NCBI GenBank assembly: GCA_964491455.1
Contig: CAZBFM010000001.1
Coordinates: forward strand, 279,425 to 343,424
DNA from: an uncultured Candidatus Saccharibacteria bacterium
GTDB lineage: Bacteria > Patescibacteriota > Minisyncoccia > 2-02-FULL-40-12 > GWA2-44-9
Reading direction: 5' to 3'
DNA length: 64,000 nt
The position numbers and the translations under genes were made by a program. Each line of letters starts with the position of its first letter. The stretch's first letter is position 1. The notes below the pieces were generated by a model. It was not told the origin of the DNA. It did no database searches and saw only the letters and a program-made list of their open reading frames with translations. Of this stretch, positions 47,250-57,700 are shown piece by piece.

Positions 47250-47418
47250 AGTATATCACGCGAGTGAGTTGGAAACACGATATAATCATCCGCATCAAAT
47301 ACGCAACGGTAGGCGAAATAGCACGTCCCTAACAATGAGCGTGCCCTCACGATCTCGAATCAAACTAACGCAAGAATGGACTCATATCATCTACTCAAGC
47401 CCTCCCCCATTTACAGAT

Positions 47419-47880
47419 TCAATTCCCATGGCACTTCTTAAACCTCTTACCACTCCCGCAAAGGCAGGGTGGATTTTGCGCTAAAAAATTTTTGTTAGCA
47501 GGAAACAGGTTTTCCGGAAGCTGGGAAAGGTCAAACCATTTCATTTCCGAAAATTTTTCCGGTTCCATTAAAGAAGGTTGTCCGCTAAAGCTGGTTGGCT
47601 TGGTATGAACAGTGATGTAATGCTTATTTTCAGCTTCGTAAACGTCGCTGGTGACTCCCAAGATTTCTATATCTTTTACCTCTATCCCCGCTTCTTCCTT
47701 GGCTTCTCTTTGGGCAGATTGAAGGAAGCTTTCTCCGTATTCTATATGGCCGCCCGGCGGGCACCAGGTGCCGTTGGCGTGTTTGGATTTGCGTAGAAAA
47801 AGGAGCAGCTTGCCGTTTTCTACAATGTAAACGCCAATTGCTCCTTTGGGCCTAAGTTTGTCTTGGTCTTCATTTCCCAT
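47419..47880 (-). CDS. NUDIX hydrolase with C-terminal SEC-C zinc-binding motif
   Basis: Nudix box [27 protein letters not shown]-terminus [15 protein letters not shown]. The start is probably MGNEDQ (ATG 8 nt before the secA stop). The track ORF extends to 47925. Confidence 0.7.
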   Translation of the reverse strand: MGNEDQDKLRPKGAIGVYIVENGKLLLFLRKSKHANGTWCPPGGHIEYGESFLQSAQREAKEEAGIEVKDIEILGVTSDVYEAENKHYITVHTKPTSFSGQPSLMEPEKFSEMKWFDLSQLPENLFPANKNFLAQNPPCLCGSGKRFKKCHGN

Positions 47881-50542
47881 GGCACTTCTTGTATTTCTTT
47901 CCAGAGCCACAAGGGCACGGATCATTACGCCCGATAGTATCTGATTGTAGGTTCGGATTGGAAGCGTGATCGTCTTTCGATGTCAGAAGTTGTGTTGCAG
48001 GATCTTCCGATAGGTTAGGGCGACTCTCGACTCCATTTCGAAGCGATGCGGGCCCCGGAGCTACCTGGACCTTAAAGATAATGCCTGCAACGCGAGAAGC
48101 GAGAGTAATCGCAAGCGAACCATACATTCGTTGCGCTTCGATCTTGTACTCGACTAAAGGATCGCGTTGCCCATACGCACGCAATCGTACAGACTCGCGA
48201 AGATGATCCATTGCTTCGATATGGTCCACCCATAGATCGTCAATCGTGCGTACCACAACCGCTCTCTCGATCTGTCGCATCTGCACAGCCCCCATACGAT
48301 CTTCGTGCAGCGCATATAACCGACGCATCTCCACGACAAGATAGTCAGTGAGCTCATCTGCATCGCGATACTCTTTTGCTAGAAGATCCGGAAAGAGCGA
48401 ATCAGGAAATGGCGCGATCGAACGGAGGGTATCGACGATCTCTCGAATACTCAATTCGCCTGTCTCTTCGTTTCTATGCGCTCGCACAATGGCCTGCAGC
48501 TCGCCCTCCAAATATCCCAGGACTGTCTCGTGGATGTCTGGCGAAGAAAGTATCGATCGACGAATGCCATACATGGTTTCACGATGTTTATTCATGACAT
48601 CGTCATACTCAAGTACGTATTTCCTAGAATCGAAGTTATGACCCTCAATTCGACTCTGCGCTTGTGCTATTGATCGGGATACGATGCTGTTCTCGATAAC
48701 ATCCTCATCGGTGACGCCCAGGGTATTCATAATATTCTTCAAGCGATCTCCACTAAATATTCGCACAAGCTCATCTTCAGTGGAAACATAAAACTGGCTT
48801 GCCCCAGGATCTCCCTGGCGACCCGCGCGACCACGGAGCTGATCGTCAATGCGCCGCGCTTCATGACGCTCCGTGCCAAACACGCACAATCCGCCAAGTT
48901 CTCTCACCTCGCGCGCCTCATCCTCATCGATCGGATTACCACCAAGAATGATATCAACGCCGCGCCCAGCCATGTTCGTTGCAACCGTCACAGCGCCCCT
49001 ACGTCCAGCCTGCGCTATGATTTCAGCTTCTTGTTCGTGATTCTTTGCGTTTAGCACCTGATGCTTTACGCCTATCGACGCCAGCAACACCGAGAGCATT
49101 TCATTTTTTTCAATAGAAACGGTTCCCACAAGCACTGGTTGCCCTAGCTCGTGACGACGCTTCACTTCATGTGCGAGTGCCTTGAATTTTCCCAATTCAC
49201 TCTTATAGATGCGATCGGGCAAATCCTTTCGCAAGAGCGGTTTATGCGTGGGGACGACGACTACATTGAGGCTATATACTTTGTGAAACTCCTCTGCAGA
49301 TGTGCGCGCAGTACCCGTCATTCCGGAAAGCTTTCCATAGAGCCTGAAATAATTTTGGAACGTTACCGTTGCCAGCGTTTTGCTTTCGCGTTGGATGAGA
49401 ACGCCTTCTTTTGCCTCCACTGCCTGGTGAAGACCGTCAGACCATCGGCGTCCCGGCATGAGGCGCCCCGTGAATTCATCCACGATAATAACCTCATTAT
49501 CCTTTACGACATACTCTTTGTCTCGACGGAAAAGCACATGCGCACGTAACGCCTGCTCAAGATGATGCACATATCGAGCCCCACCCTCCTCATACATATC
49601 AGCGATACCAAGACGCTTTTGTATCTTTTCAATACCATCGTCGGTAATACTTACTGCTTTTAGCTTCTCATCGATGGTATAGTCCTCACCTTCTTTGAGT
49701 ATTGGCACTGCACGCGCGAATGACGAATATAAAGCGCCCGACTCTTCATCAGGAGCAGAAATGATAAGAGGGGTGCGCGCCTCATCGATAAGGATTGAGT
49801 CGACCTCATCAACGATTGCAAATGCATGCGGAGTCACTTGTCGCTGAGACATATCTTCCAATCTTGGCGCCATATTATCGCGAAGATAGTCAAACCCATA
49901 TTCATTATTGGTTCCATACGTAATATCCGCTTGATATGCTTCGCGCCGACTCACCGGCCGAAGAAACTCATGAACGACTCGAAACGATCCAGTCTCATCG
50001 CGCTCATGATCACTCTCCGCGAGATCGGCAGGCTTCACATGGGAGGAGTCATAGATGTACGAAGCCTCATGATTGAGCACGCTCACTGTTAGGCCTAAGG
50101 CATCATAAATCTGACCCATCCACGTCGCATCACGTCGACTGAGGTAATCATTCACAGTAACAACATGCACCCCATTCCCCGATAACGCATTGAGATACGC
50201 TGGAAGCGTAGCAACCAATGTCTTACCTTCACCGGTCGACATTTGCGCGATTGCACCAGAGTGCAGCACCATACCTCCAATGAGTTGCTCATCAAAATGT
50301 CGCTTACCAGATTTGCGCAGTGATGCCTCACGAACTGCAGCAAACGCCTCAGGCAGCAGCTCATCTAGTGTCGAACCAGTCCGCAATCGCTCCCTAAAAT
50401 CAATCGTTAACGAGCGGAGCTCGTCATCAGATAACGATCGCATATGAGCCTCGAGAGCATTTATTTTTACAACTGAACTCGCGTACGATCGGATGATACG
50501 CGCATTTGCGTCAGGTAAAAACTTCGATAGAAATTCAAACAT
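47870..50542 (-). CDS. secA: Preprotein translocase ATPase SecA
   Basis: 890 aa. DEAD-like motor, PPXD, HSD/HWD, and a C-terminal SEC-C zinc finger [15 protein letters not shown]. Confidence 0.95.
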   Translation of the reverse strand: MFEFLSKFLPDANARIIRSYASSVVKINALEAHMRSLSDDELRSLTIDFRERLRTGSTLDELLPEAFAAVREASLRKSGKRHFDEQLIGGMVLHSGAIAQMSTGEGKTLVATLPAYLNALSGNGVHVVTVNDYLSRRDATWMGQIYDALGLTVSVLNHEASYIYDSSHVKPADLAESDHERDETGSFRVVHEFLRPVSRREAYQADITYGTNNEYGFDYLRDNMAPRLEDMSQRQVTPHAFAIVDEVDSILIDEARTPLIISAPDEESGALYSSFARAVPILKEGEDYTIDEKLKAVSITDDGIEKIQKRLGIADMYEEGGARYVHHLEQALRAHVLFRRDKEYVVKDNEVIIVDEFTGRLMPGRRWSDGLHQAVEAKEGVLIQRESKTLATVTFQNYFRLYGKLSGMTGTARTSAEEFHKVYSLNVVVVPTHKPLLRKDLPDRIYKSELGKFKALAHEVKRRHELGQPVLVGTVSIEKNEMLSVLLASIGVKHQVLNAKNHEQEAEIIAQAGRRGAVTVATNMAGRGVDIILGGNPIDEDEAREVRELGGLCVFGTERHEARRIDDQLRGRAGRQGDPGASQFYVSTEDELVRIFSGDRLKNIMNTLGVTDEDVIENSIVSRSIAQAQSRIEGHNFDSRKYVLEYDDVMNKHRETMYGIRRSILSSPDIHETVLGYLEGELQAIVRAHRNEETGELSIREIVDTLRSIAPFPDSLFPDLLAKEYRDADELTDYLVVEMRRLYALHEDRMGAVQMRQIERAVVVRTIDDLWVDHIEAMDHLRESVRLRAYGQRDPLVEYKIEAQRMYGSLAITLASRVAGIIFKVQVAPGPASLRNGVESRPNLSEDPATQLLTSKDDHASNPNLQSDTIGRNDPCPCGSGKKYKKCHGK

Positions 50543-50561
50543 AGCGTGCAGGGGTCAAAAC

Positions 50562-50894
50562 CTACTCATCATGTGTCTGACGCTCCTGTTCTCGCTGCTT
50601 GTCTTTGAATTTTGTGATCTGGTTTTTCAACTCCTCTTTGACATCAATAATCGACGAGTGTAAATCGAAGTGATTCGACTCGGCACGAAATAGATGTGAC
50701 CCAACGGTAATGTTTGCCTCTGTATAGTAAATAGCGCCTGAAGCGTGATGCTGGGAGGGAATAGCTACTTCGACTCGTACCGCATAGTCGCCCATAGAAG
50801 ATAGCAGGTGCTCCAAATCCCCAATCTTATCCTCAATAAACACTCGGAGAGGCGCATTTAGCTCTATATTCTTTGCGTGTATGTCTATATTCAT
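50562..50894 (-). CDS. hpf: Ribosome hibernation promoting factor (short HPF/RaiA family)
   Basis: 110 aa, MNIDIHAKNIELNAPLRVFIEDKIGDLEHLL…, S30AE-family fold. Confidence 0.85.
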   Translation of the reverse strand: MNIDIHAKNIELNAPLRVFIEDKIGDLEHLLSSMGDYAVRVEVAIPSQHHASGAIYYTEANITVGSHLFRAESNHFDLHSSIIDVKEELKNQITKFKDKQREQERQTHDE

Positions 50895-50932
50895 ACCCCT
50901 AATATACGCTACCCATGTGACAAACTCAACCG

Positions 50933-52687
50933 CTACCGAGTTATTGAAGCGCCAAGTGTATAGACGGAAACTTCAGCGTCATTGACGGTAAAAATAGCAT
51001 TCCAATCTCGTCCCGAAGCCTCCCACTGTCGCGCAGAAATATCGAACCAATGCTTCGTTCCATCCGCCCATATCGAGTACACTTTCTTTGAGCCTTGCGC
51101 CCGAATGTACACGCTAGCGGCGTAATGAAAGAACACATCGTCAGGAACATCCCGAACTTCCTTCGTCTGCAAGCCGTACAATGCAAGAATTGCAGGCGAT
51201 AGCAATCTTCGATACGAACCCCAAACCACGTAGATATCACTTTGACCTTTTCGTCGAATAAGATCTCCATCGGTCGGTTGTACATAGGCAAATCTATCCG
51301 CAGTCGATGCACTTTTTTCGGGTGATATCGGAAGAAGAGCCTCATCAATTGCACCGACAGCAGCAATAACAGTTATCGTATCTTCCATTGGCTTCCTCCC
51401 GCCTATGGGATACAGGGAGCCGTGCGTTATCGCAACCGTAATGTCCTGAATATCGAACCCGTCATTACGCGCTGGGATGCTCATCCGGGCAACGCCCCTG
51501 ACGAACACTGGAGTCGTTATACGTATAATGCCATTGCTATATCGAACAATTATAGCACCATGCATCTCGCTATTCTCGGGTCCAGAGATTCTAAGACCGA
51601 GATCCTCGGTTGTCACTACTCCAGACTCAATCGGAATGGCGATCCAACGCGGCTGCCATTCCTGCAAGCGACTCGCATTCGATATCCGCTTGCGAGACAA
51701 CGAGAGACTATCAAGCGCCTCAGCTCGAACGCGAAGAGTGCTTAATTCTGGCTGTGCAAAACCATACGCAGAACCGATACTACCATCATTAAGGAGGCAT
51801 GCGATCATCCAATCGACATACACATCAGAAAATCCAAAGCCCCTACGCGTCATGAGCCAATCATGCAGAGAGGCGGTACCCTGCAAGGGCGATGCAACGG
51901 TCTCGGAAAGAATTCCCTCACCGAAGCGACCGGCGAGATAGTGCACAAAAACGGATGCCATCGCATAATCAGTTGCTGTGTTCGGCCACAACGTTAATGA
52001 ATCAGAGGGGCTTCGAAGAAACGAAGGAACACGACGCTGAAGAGAACTAAACTCATACGGACTACTATACCCGGTCGCCGTGACATTATACTCACTCCGC
52101 GCTTCGTTTAACCACACATCCTCGCCCTCCCGTTCAGCAAGCTCTCTTTGATTGAATGAGATGAGATGTTGAATCTCATGCGCAATGAGTGTTGTTGCGT
52201 TTCCCGCCAAAACGCTTTCGGCATTTATAAAAATCATCTCTCTCGCATTTCCACGAGGCGACTCCTTCCTGGAATAGTTATGGATATTTTCAAAATAACC
52301 ACCGCTTCCTTGTATCAGGCGTTGCAAAACGATAACCACATGACTATCGCCATCGACGCCAGGGTTTGCCTCAGACCCCCACAATTTCACAGAAATTGGG
52401 TAGATCTTTTCATCGATTTGCTGCGAGAGCTGCAGAAGCGCAGGAATGAACAAATTCTTTTGCTCTGGCGTTAGGTAGCTCCAATATCGATCGTCGACAT
52501 AGAGATACCCGTGCGCACCAATGGCTCGCAATGTCGCAGTAATAGAAGATGCGCCCGCATAATCGTAGAACGAATTGACGTTATATTTCTGCACTTGCTC
52601 TATGTCATCGGCACGGGCAATAGAACCGAGACAACAAAATACCAAAGATGCGACTACTCCAACAGCTAGCAGTCTCAGCCATTTCAT
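50933..52687 (-). CDS. Large secreted protein with a zincin-like HExxH…E motif; putative metallopeptidase
   Basis: 584 aa. Signal peptide MKWLRLLAVGVVASLVFCCLGSIARA. …TLIAHEIQHLISFNQ…NEARSEY…. Confidence 0.35.
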   Translation of the reverse strand: MKWLRLLAVGVVASLVFCCLGSIARADDIEQVQKYNVNSFYDYAGASSITATLRAIGAHGYLYVDDRYWSYLTPEQKNLFIPALLQLSQQIDEKIYPISVKLWGSEANPGVDGDSHVVIVLQRLIQGSGGYFENIHNYSRKESPRGNAREMIFINAESVLAGNATTLIAHEIQHLISFNQRELAEREGEDVWLNEARSEYNVTATGYSSPYEFSSLQRRVPSFLRSPSDSLTLWPNTATDYAMASVFVHYLAGRFGEGILSETVASPLQGTASLHDWLMTRRGFGFSDVYVDWMIACLLNDGSIGSAYGFAQPELSTLRVRAEALDSLSLSRKRISNASRLQEWQPRWIAIPIESGVVTTEDLGLRISGPENSEMHGAIIVRYSNGIIRITTPVFVRGVARMSIPARNDGFDIQDITVAITHGSLYPIGGRKPMEDTITVIAAVGAIDEALLPISPEKSASTADRFAYVQPTDGDLIRRKGQSDIYVVWGSYRRLLSPAILALYGLQTKEVRDVPDDVFFHYAASVYIRAQGSKKVYSIWADGTKHWFDISARQWEASGRDWNAIFTVNDAEVSVYTLGASITR

Positions 52688-52727
52688 GTGACTATGGTAT
52701 CAAACAAACAATTTGTCGTCGATAAAA

Positions 52728-52756
52728 TTGACCAATTAAGCTTTTTGCTATATAAT
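52728..52756 (+). promoter_or_regulatory. Consensus sigma70-type promoter for the sugar transferase gene, giving an essentially leaderless transcript
   Basis: TTGACC (52728-52733), a 17-nt spacer, then TATAAT (52751-56). The ATG at 52767 is only about 10 nt after the -10 element. Confidence 0.55.
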
Positions 52757-52766
52757 ACTACTCACT

Positions 52767-54137
52767 ATGCCTCGTGCGCTCACCCTTCTAGCATCTGATT
52801 TTATTGCATTTTACGGTGCGCTTGGTGCCACGTTGTGGCTTCGCTATGGCAACTCGGAATTTATATCACAGTGGAGTGGTCACGTAATTCCTTTTTCGTT
52901 ACTACTAATTGTGTGGTTTTTCGCGCTCTATATTACGAATCTGTACAACGTTCAATTTATGCGTAATGATCGCGAGTTTTTTGAGCGACTCACGCAAGCC
53001 ATGCTATTCGCCACTGTTATTTCAATACTTTTTTTCTATTTTATTCCATTTTTTGGAATCACTCCAAAACGTAATTTGTTCTTCTTTTTGCTTTTACTTG
53101 CCGTGGGAATGTGGAGTATTCGGTTTTTATACAACAAAGTGCTCGCTGGTAGTGCCAAGAAAAACGTTCTCATCGTTGGCATAACTAAGGAGTCACTGGA
53201 GCTCGCCGAGCTCATTACTCATAATCCGCAATTTGGTTATAGTATTCGATCCCTGGTCAACCTCACTCCTGGGTCGTCATCGCTCATCACGCAAACACCT
53301 ATCGGATGGCACATCATACAGAGTCTGAACGAGGTTGACGCCCACATCGTTCGCGAGAACATCGATACGGTTATTATCACTCCTGATGCCTATCAAGCCC
53401 GAGAAGTGGTACACCTTTTTTACTCTACGATATTTCGCCAGATCAATTTTATAACATTGGCCACAATCACGGAGCAACTTACTGGCCGTATACCGCTTGG
53501 ATCAATCAATCAAGCATGGTTTTTGGATAATTTGGCGGAAGGGGCAAAGAAGTCGCTCAGCCCTGTGAAGCGAATCGTCGATGTGATACTGGCGAGTGCT
53601 CTCGGATTGCCGACGCTACTTGCGCTTCCCTTTATTGCTGCGCTCATTCGACTCGACTCTCGTGGTCCCGTATTCTTTCGTCAGGCGAGAACGGGTCAAG
53701 ACAGGAAAACGTTTTCAATAATTAAATTTAGAACGATGCAGATCAACGCAGAGAGCGCGACTGGTGCCGTTTGGGCATCCCACAATGATACACGTATCAC
53801 GCGCATCGGTTCATTTCTTCGTAAGACGAGGATCGACGAACTGCCTCAACTATGGAATATACTCCGTGGAGACATGTCTCTCGTAGGCCCTCGCGCCGAA
53901 CGACCTGAATTTGATACACAACTCGCGCAGCAAATCCCATTCTACAATGAGCGTTACCTCATCAAGCCAGGACTATCCGGTTGGGCTCAAATTAACTACC
54001 CCTATGGAGCATCGATCGATGACGCGACTCAGAAATTGCAGTACGATCTCTACTATATTAAGAATCGCTCTCTGGTACTTGATCTCGAGATCATCCTGAA
54101 AACGATAAGCATATCTCTTCGTCGCTCCGGCCGCTAA
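52767..54137 (+). CDS. Polyprenyl-phosphate hexose-1-phosphate transferase (WbaP/WcaJ-like initiating sugar transferase)
   Basis: 456 aa. N-terminal TM bundle and C-terminal bacterial sugar transferase domain (…RFLRKTRIDELPQLWNILRGDMSLVGPR…). Confidence 0.8.
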   Translation: MPRALTLLASDFIAFYGALGATLWLRYGNSEFISQWSGHVIPFSLLLIVWFFALYITNLYNVQFMRNDREFFERLTQAMLFATVISILFFYFIPFFGITPKRNLFFFLLLLAVGMWSIRFLYNKVLAGSAKKNVLIVGITKESLELAELITHNPQFGYSIRSLVNLTPGSSSLITQTPIGWHIIQSLNEVDAHIVRENIDTVIITPDAYQAREVVHLFYSTIFRQINFITLATITEQLTGRIPLGSINQAWFLDNLAEGAKKSLSPVKRIVDVILASALGLPTLLALPFIAALIRLDSRGPVFFRQARTGQDRKTFSIIKFRTMQINAESATGAVWASHNDTRITRIGSFLRKTRIDELPQLWNILRGDMSLVGPRAERPEFDTQLAQQIPFYNERYLIKPGLSGWAQINYPYGASIDDATQKLQYDLYYIKNRSLVLDLEIILKTISISLRRSGR

Positions 54138-56419
54138 TTCTGCACGCCAAGTCTTGTCAAAACCTCGTCTGCCTTCCGTACGAATTCTTTTTGCGACGCA
54201 ATCGCGGGAACCGCCAGCGCCCGTCGAATAGTGTCGACAACTTTTTGACTATCATTGAGATCGGCATACGCATTAATCAATTGCGACCAATAGTCTGCTT
54301 GCTTTGGGAATGATGCGACCAAACGCTCGAGCATGGCAATCACATTTTTTGCGTCACCTAATTGAGTAAAAATCTGAACCATACGATTACCATCCTGCTC
54401 CGTCATTGCGTACCCCTTCGACAAAGCACTGTTCATGGAGCGTAACGCCTCCTCAACTCCTTGGACGCTATTTTGCGATGCAGCAATTTGATACTGCACA
54501 GTACCGATATACCAATACGTAATGCCCACGTCAGGGTTCAAGTTCGCTGCCTTTTGAAACCATTCGAGTGCTAACTTCGGCTGGTTCTTGTTTAAATAGG
54601 CCTGCGCAACTTCGTAATAGGTCCTTACAAATGTAGGACTGATATCGAGTGCCTTCATCGACATGCGCAGAGCTTCATCATTGTAGGAATCTATTTTCTC
54701 GCTCTTTCCGAGCGTAATATAGAGTCGCGAAAGATAGAGATACGGCAAATAATCGTCCGGATTTTCAATTGTATTCATCTTTACGTCATCAATTGCGCGA
54801 AGTGCTACTTCCTTGAAATTCGGGACTTTACTCACATCAGTTGCACCAGAAATTTCGAGCACATATTGTGCATATCGGTGTCTGTATTCATACCTTCCAG
54901 GAGCGTCTACGTCGATTGCTTCACGAAACTTGTTGACCGCCGTCACCCAATCCCCCTTATATCCAGCAACAATAGCGCGCGTGCTTGCGTAATTAGCAGT
55001 AGAAGGGCGGACGTTGGTGCTGTACACAGCAATGAGGACAATGAATGGGACAATCACGGCGTAGAGTACTTGGCCCGCCGTCCAGACGCGCGCCCTATTA
55101 CTGATCATCGCCACCTGAGGAGCATCAAGTCCACGTAGAGACACGTGCACCACAAAAGCGAGAATCATAAAGAAAGAAAGAAAATTTGCTGACGTGTCAA
55201 AAATAAAACAATTGTGAATGATATAGGCAATCGTCATTGACGTGAGGCCAATGCCTAGAACCCTAGCATCAGAAGCCTCAGCCATAAACGATCGATACTG
55301 ACGGAATGATGCCACGAACAGGGAGAGGTACGATATCAATCCAAAGAGCCCCATGGTAACCGCAACTTCAACAAACATATTGTGAGCACGATCGAAAAAT
55401 GTTTCCGAACCGGGTCCGGTAAAGAACTTGGGATTAAAGTGCTTACTGAATGGGATATTAAAATTCTCCGGCCCCCATCCAAGCAACACCGTCTTGGGGC
55501 TCTCGATCCATCCCTGATACCCAGCGGTCCAAGCCCAGAAACGAGTTTGCACCGTAAAGGTGCTACTGGAAAAATCAGTAACACGCCTCAAATAGGGAGA
55601 GCTCTGAACAAATGACGTCTGTCGTAACATCATTGCCAGAAACACAAACACCACAATTGCCGTTACACCAGCAAGAAGTCCATTTCTAGCAAGACGACTC
55701 CTATTTAAAGACCCCCAGAGTAGCGCCCACGTTAACCCCCCAGCTACGACCCCGATGAGAGAGCCGCGAACCGCCGTTGTTGCAACTGCTAGTACCATTA
55801 CGCCCCCCGAAGCAGCAAACCAACGCGCCATTCTTGGCGACGTACGCTTCATGCTAGCAAGTGAAAAAGCCAAAAAAGCAATGAGGATTTGGTACCCCGC
55901 GAATAATGCTGGATTTCCGATCGTGCCAAATGGACGCTGCCGACCCCCAGATCCCAGAATGAACGTCCAGTCCGTTTTCTGAAGAAATCCATATATCGCC
56001 GAACTAAACCCAACCACAATCATGAGATTCAGGAGGACTTGCCAATCTCGTCTCGTTCGTAGCACCGATATGGTAATTATGTAGAAAACAAAATAGTGCC
56101 AAAACGTGAACAAGCCACCCATGCGCTCGAGCGTACCCCAGAAGCTCTGTAAAAAAGCGACGGAGGTAAACGTCGTAACGGTAAACGCCACTGCAAATGA
56201 CAAAAATGCCCACGTAATGGGATGTGACTTCGGGACATACGATCTATCCCTCCAAATCAAGAGCAAATACAAGGCGGTCATAATCTGAACGACACTCCGC
56301 AGGACAACAACCTTACCGAAATGAAACGGCGACATGTGCTGACTAAAAACAACCAACGGGATGAAGGCGCTAGCGTACACCAACCATTTGAGAATTTTCG
56401 CGAGCATAGATTCGTTCAT
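54134..56419 (-). CDS. O-antigen ligase/polymerase-like (Wzy_C) polytopic membrane protein fused to C-terminal TPR repeats
   Basis: 761 aa, at least 12 TM in the N-terminal 470 aa. The C-terminal 290 aa form TPR-like helical repeats (…AQAYLNKNQPKLALEWFQKAANLNPD…). Confidence 0.5.
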   Translation of the reverse strand: MNESMLAKILKWLVYASAFIPLVVFSQHMSPFHFGKVVVLRSVVQIMTALYLLLIWRDRSYVPKSHPITWAFLSFAVAFTVTTFTSVAFLQSFWGTLERMGGLFTFWHYFVFYIITISVLRTRRDWQVLLNLMIVVGFSSAIYGFLQKTDWTFILGSGGRQRPFGTIGNPALFAGYQILIAFLAFSLASMKRTSPRMARWFAASGGVMVLAVATTAVRGSLIGVVAGGLTWALLWGSLNRSRLARNGLLAGVTAIVVFVFLAMMLRQTSFVQSSPYLRRVTDFSSSTFTVQTRFWAWTAGYQGWIESPKTVLLGWGPENFNIPFSKHFNPKFFTGPGSETFFDRAHNMFVEVAVTMGLFGLISYLSLFVASFRQYRSFMAEASDARVLGIGLTSMTIAYIIHNCFIFDTSANFLSFFMILAFVVHVSLRGLDAPQVAMISNRARVWTAGQVLYAVIVPFIVLIAVYSTNVRPSTANYASTRAIVAGYKGDWVTAVNKFREAIDVDAPGRYEYRHRYAQYVLEISGATDVSKVPNFKEVALRAIDDVKMNTIENPDDYLPYLYLSRLYITLGKSEKIDSYNDEALRMSMKALDISPTFVRTYYEVAQAYLNKNQPKLALEWFQKAANLNPDVGITYWYIGTVQYQIAASQNSVQGVEEALRSMNSALSKGYAMTEQDGNRMVQIFTQLGDAKNVIAMLERLVASFPKQADYWSQLINAYADLNDSQKVVDTIRRALAVPAIASQKEFVRKADEVLTRLGVQN

Positions 56420-56434
56420 TGCAAGTATCTTATT

Positions 56435-57700
56435 TCATTTATCACAGCGGGGCAATATAGACTGATACCTCTTAATCATAGCTCTTGTTTGTTGCGCAGC
56501 GGAAAAACTCATCTCGATTCGGCGCAACCCCGCAAGTCCCATTGCACGACACAGCTCTGGACTCCGCAGAAGCCGTGAAACCTGCATTGCAACACTCTCC
56601 GTGTCGAATGGGTTCACAATGACACCTGTAACATCATGCAGAACAATCTCTGGAGTACCACCGAAGCACGTGCCAATAACCGGCTTCCCCGCTGCCATCG
56701 CCTGCATCGCCATCAGAGGTGCTGGATCCAAATATATTGAAGGTACAGCAACGATAGTCGCTGCAGAGAACAATGCTGCTCGATCTCGACCGTGGAGAAG
56801 ATCAATACAACGCAACGAGCCCTCAACACCACGTTGCCGTGCGTATCGCAGGACTGAATCTCGATATGGACCAGCTTCGATCGCCATCACAACTAGCACA
56901 TCAGGAAAGTGCGCAATAATTCCGGGCAACGCATCAATGAGCACCTCGGTACCCTTATCTTGCATAGCGCGCCCCCCAAACAAAATAATCGGATGATCCC
57001 CGAGATCAAGTTTTTGGCGAAGCACATGTACATCTTCGATACTGGCTTGAAATTCACGAACATCGACACCATTGTAAAACGTTTCAGCATGAGCAATTCC
57101 ATTTTGTCGCAATGCCTCATTGAGCGTCTCCGATACAGAAAATACACCGCTCGCATATTGTAGTGATCGACGAATGCACCACTTTCGAATCGGGTTGTAT
57201 GCCTTGCCAACCTGACGAATTGTGAAGAATGTAGGAACAAAATAATTATATGCCACATGCACACTCTTCTTCGTCGGATCAATAAAATGATAAAGCCTCG
57301 TGTATGCAAAGCTCAACGTATCATGGAGTGTAATAAAGCACGGGACGCCAATCGATCTCACCCATCGAATCAGTGCAAAAGAAAAATGTTCATGTACGTT
57401 ATGTGCATGCACGATGTCGGGTTGTAGTTTCTTGAGGAGAGATATACTGGCACCCCGAATGAACGGGTTATACACCGAGAGATAGGACCGCACAAATTGT
57501 GAGCGTGCCGGAGAATAAATGCGATGTACAGATATTCCTTGATACTCTGTATCTCCAACGCTCTCGAGACGCTGCGTTGCGGTTACCACATGGACCGTGT
57601 GACCTTCGGCCATCATGCCTAAGGCCATATCAAGAGCTACCTGCCCGGCGCCGCCAACGCTCTCGGGTGCAAACGAATCAGTGACGTAGACAATCTTCAT
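56435..57700 (-). CDS. Glycosyltransferase family 4 (GT-B, GT1 domain)
   Basis: 421 aa, with a C-terminal …FGGTPEIV… motif region. Confidence 0.8.
   Translation of the reverse strand: MKIVYVTDSFAPESVGGAGQVALDMALGMMAEGHTVHVVTATQRLESVGDTEYQGISVHRIYSPARSQFVRSYLSVYNPFIRGASISLLKKLQPDIVHAHNVHEHFSFALIRWVRSIGVPCFITLHDTLSFAYTRLYHFIDPTKKSVHVAYNYFVPTFFTIRQVGKAYNPIRKWCIRRSLQYASGVFSVSETLNEALRQNGIAHAETFYNGVDVREFQASIEDVHVLRQKLDLGDHPIILFGGRAMQDKGTEVLIDALPGIIAHFPDVLVVMAIEAGPYRDSVLRYARQRGVEGSLRCIDLLHGRDRAALFSAATIVAVPSIYLDPAPLMAMQAMAAGKPVIGTCFGGTPEIVLHDVTGVIVNPFDTESVAMQVSRLLRSPELCRAMGLAGLRRIEMSFSAAQQTRAMIKRYQSILPRCDK

Noticed and set aside
47250-47418. 169-nt intergenic region upstream of the P-type ATPase examined for a riboswitch or metal-responsive operator
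   Set aside because: Only a weak 5-bp stem with a 16-nt loop and a plausible -10 (TATACT) close to the ATG. No convincing conserved structure or palindromic operator.
47425-47890. Shared 14-16-nt string (CCATGGCACTTCTT) at the 3' ends of secA and the NUDIX gene; considered as a possible short mobile repeat or recombination site
   Set aside because: It is explained by identical codons for the conserved K-K-C-H-G SEC-C residues. Identity does not extend beyond the motif.
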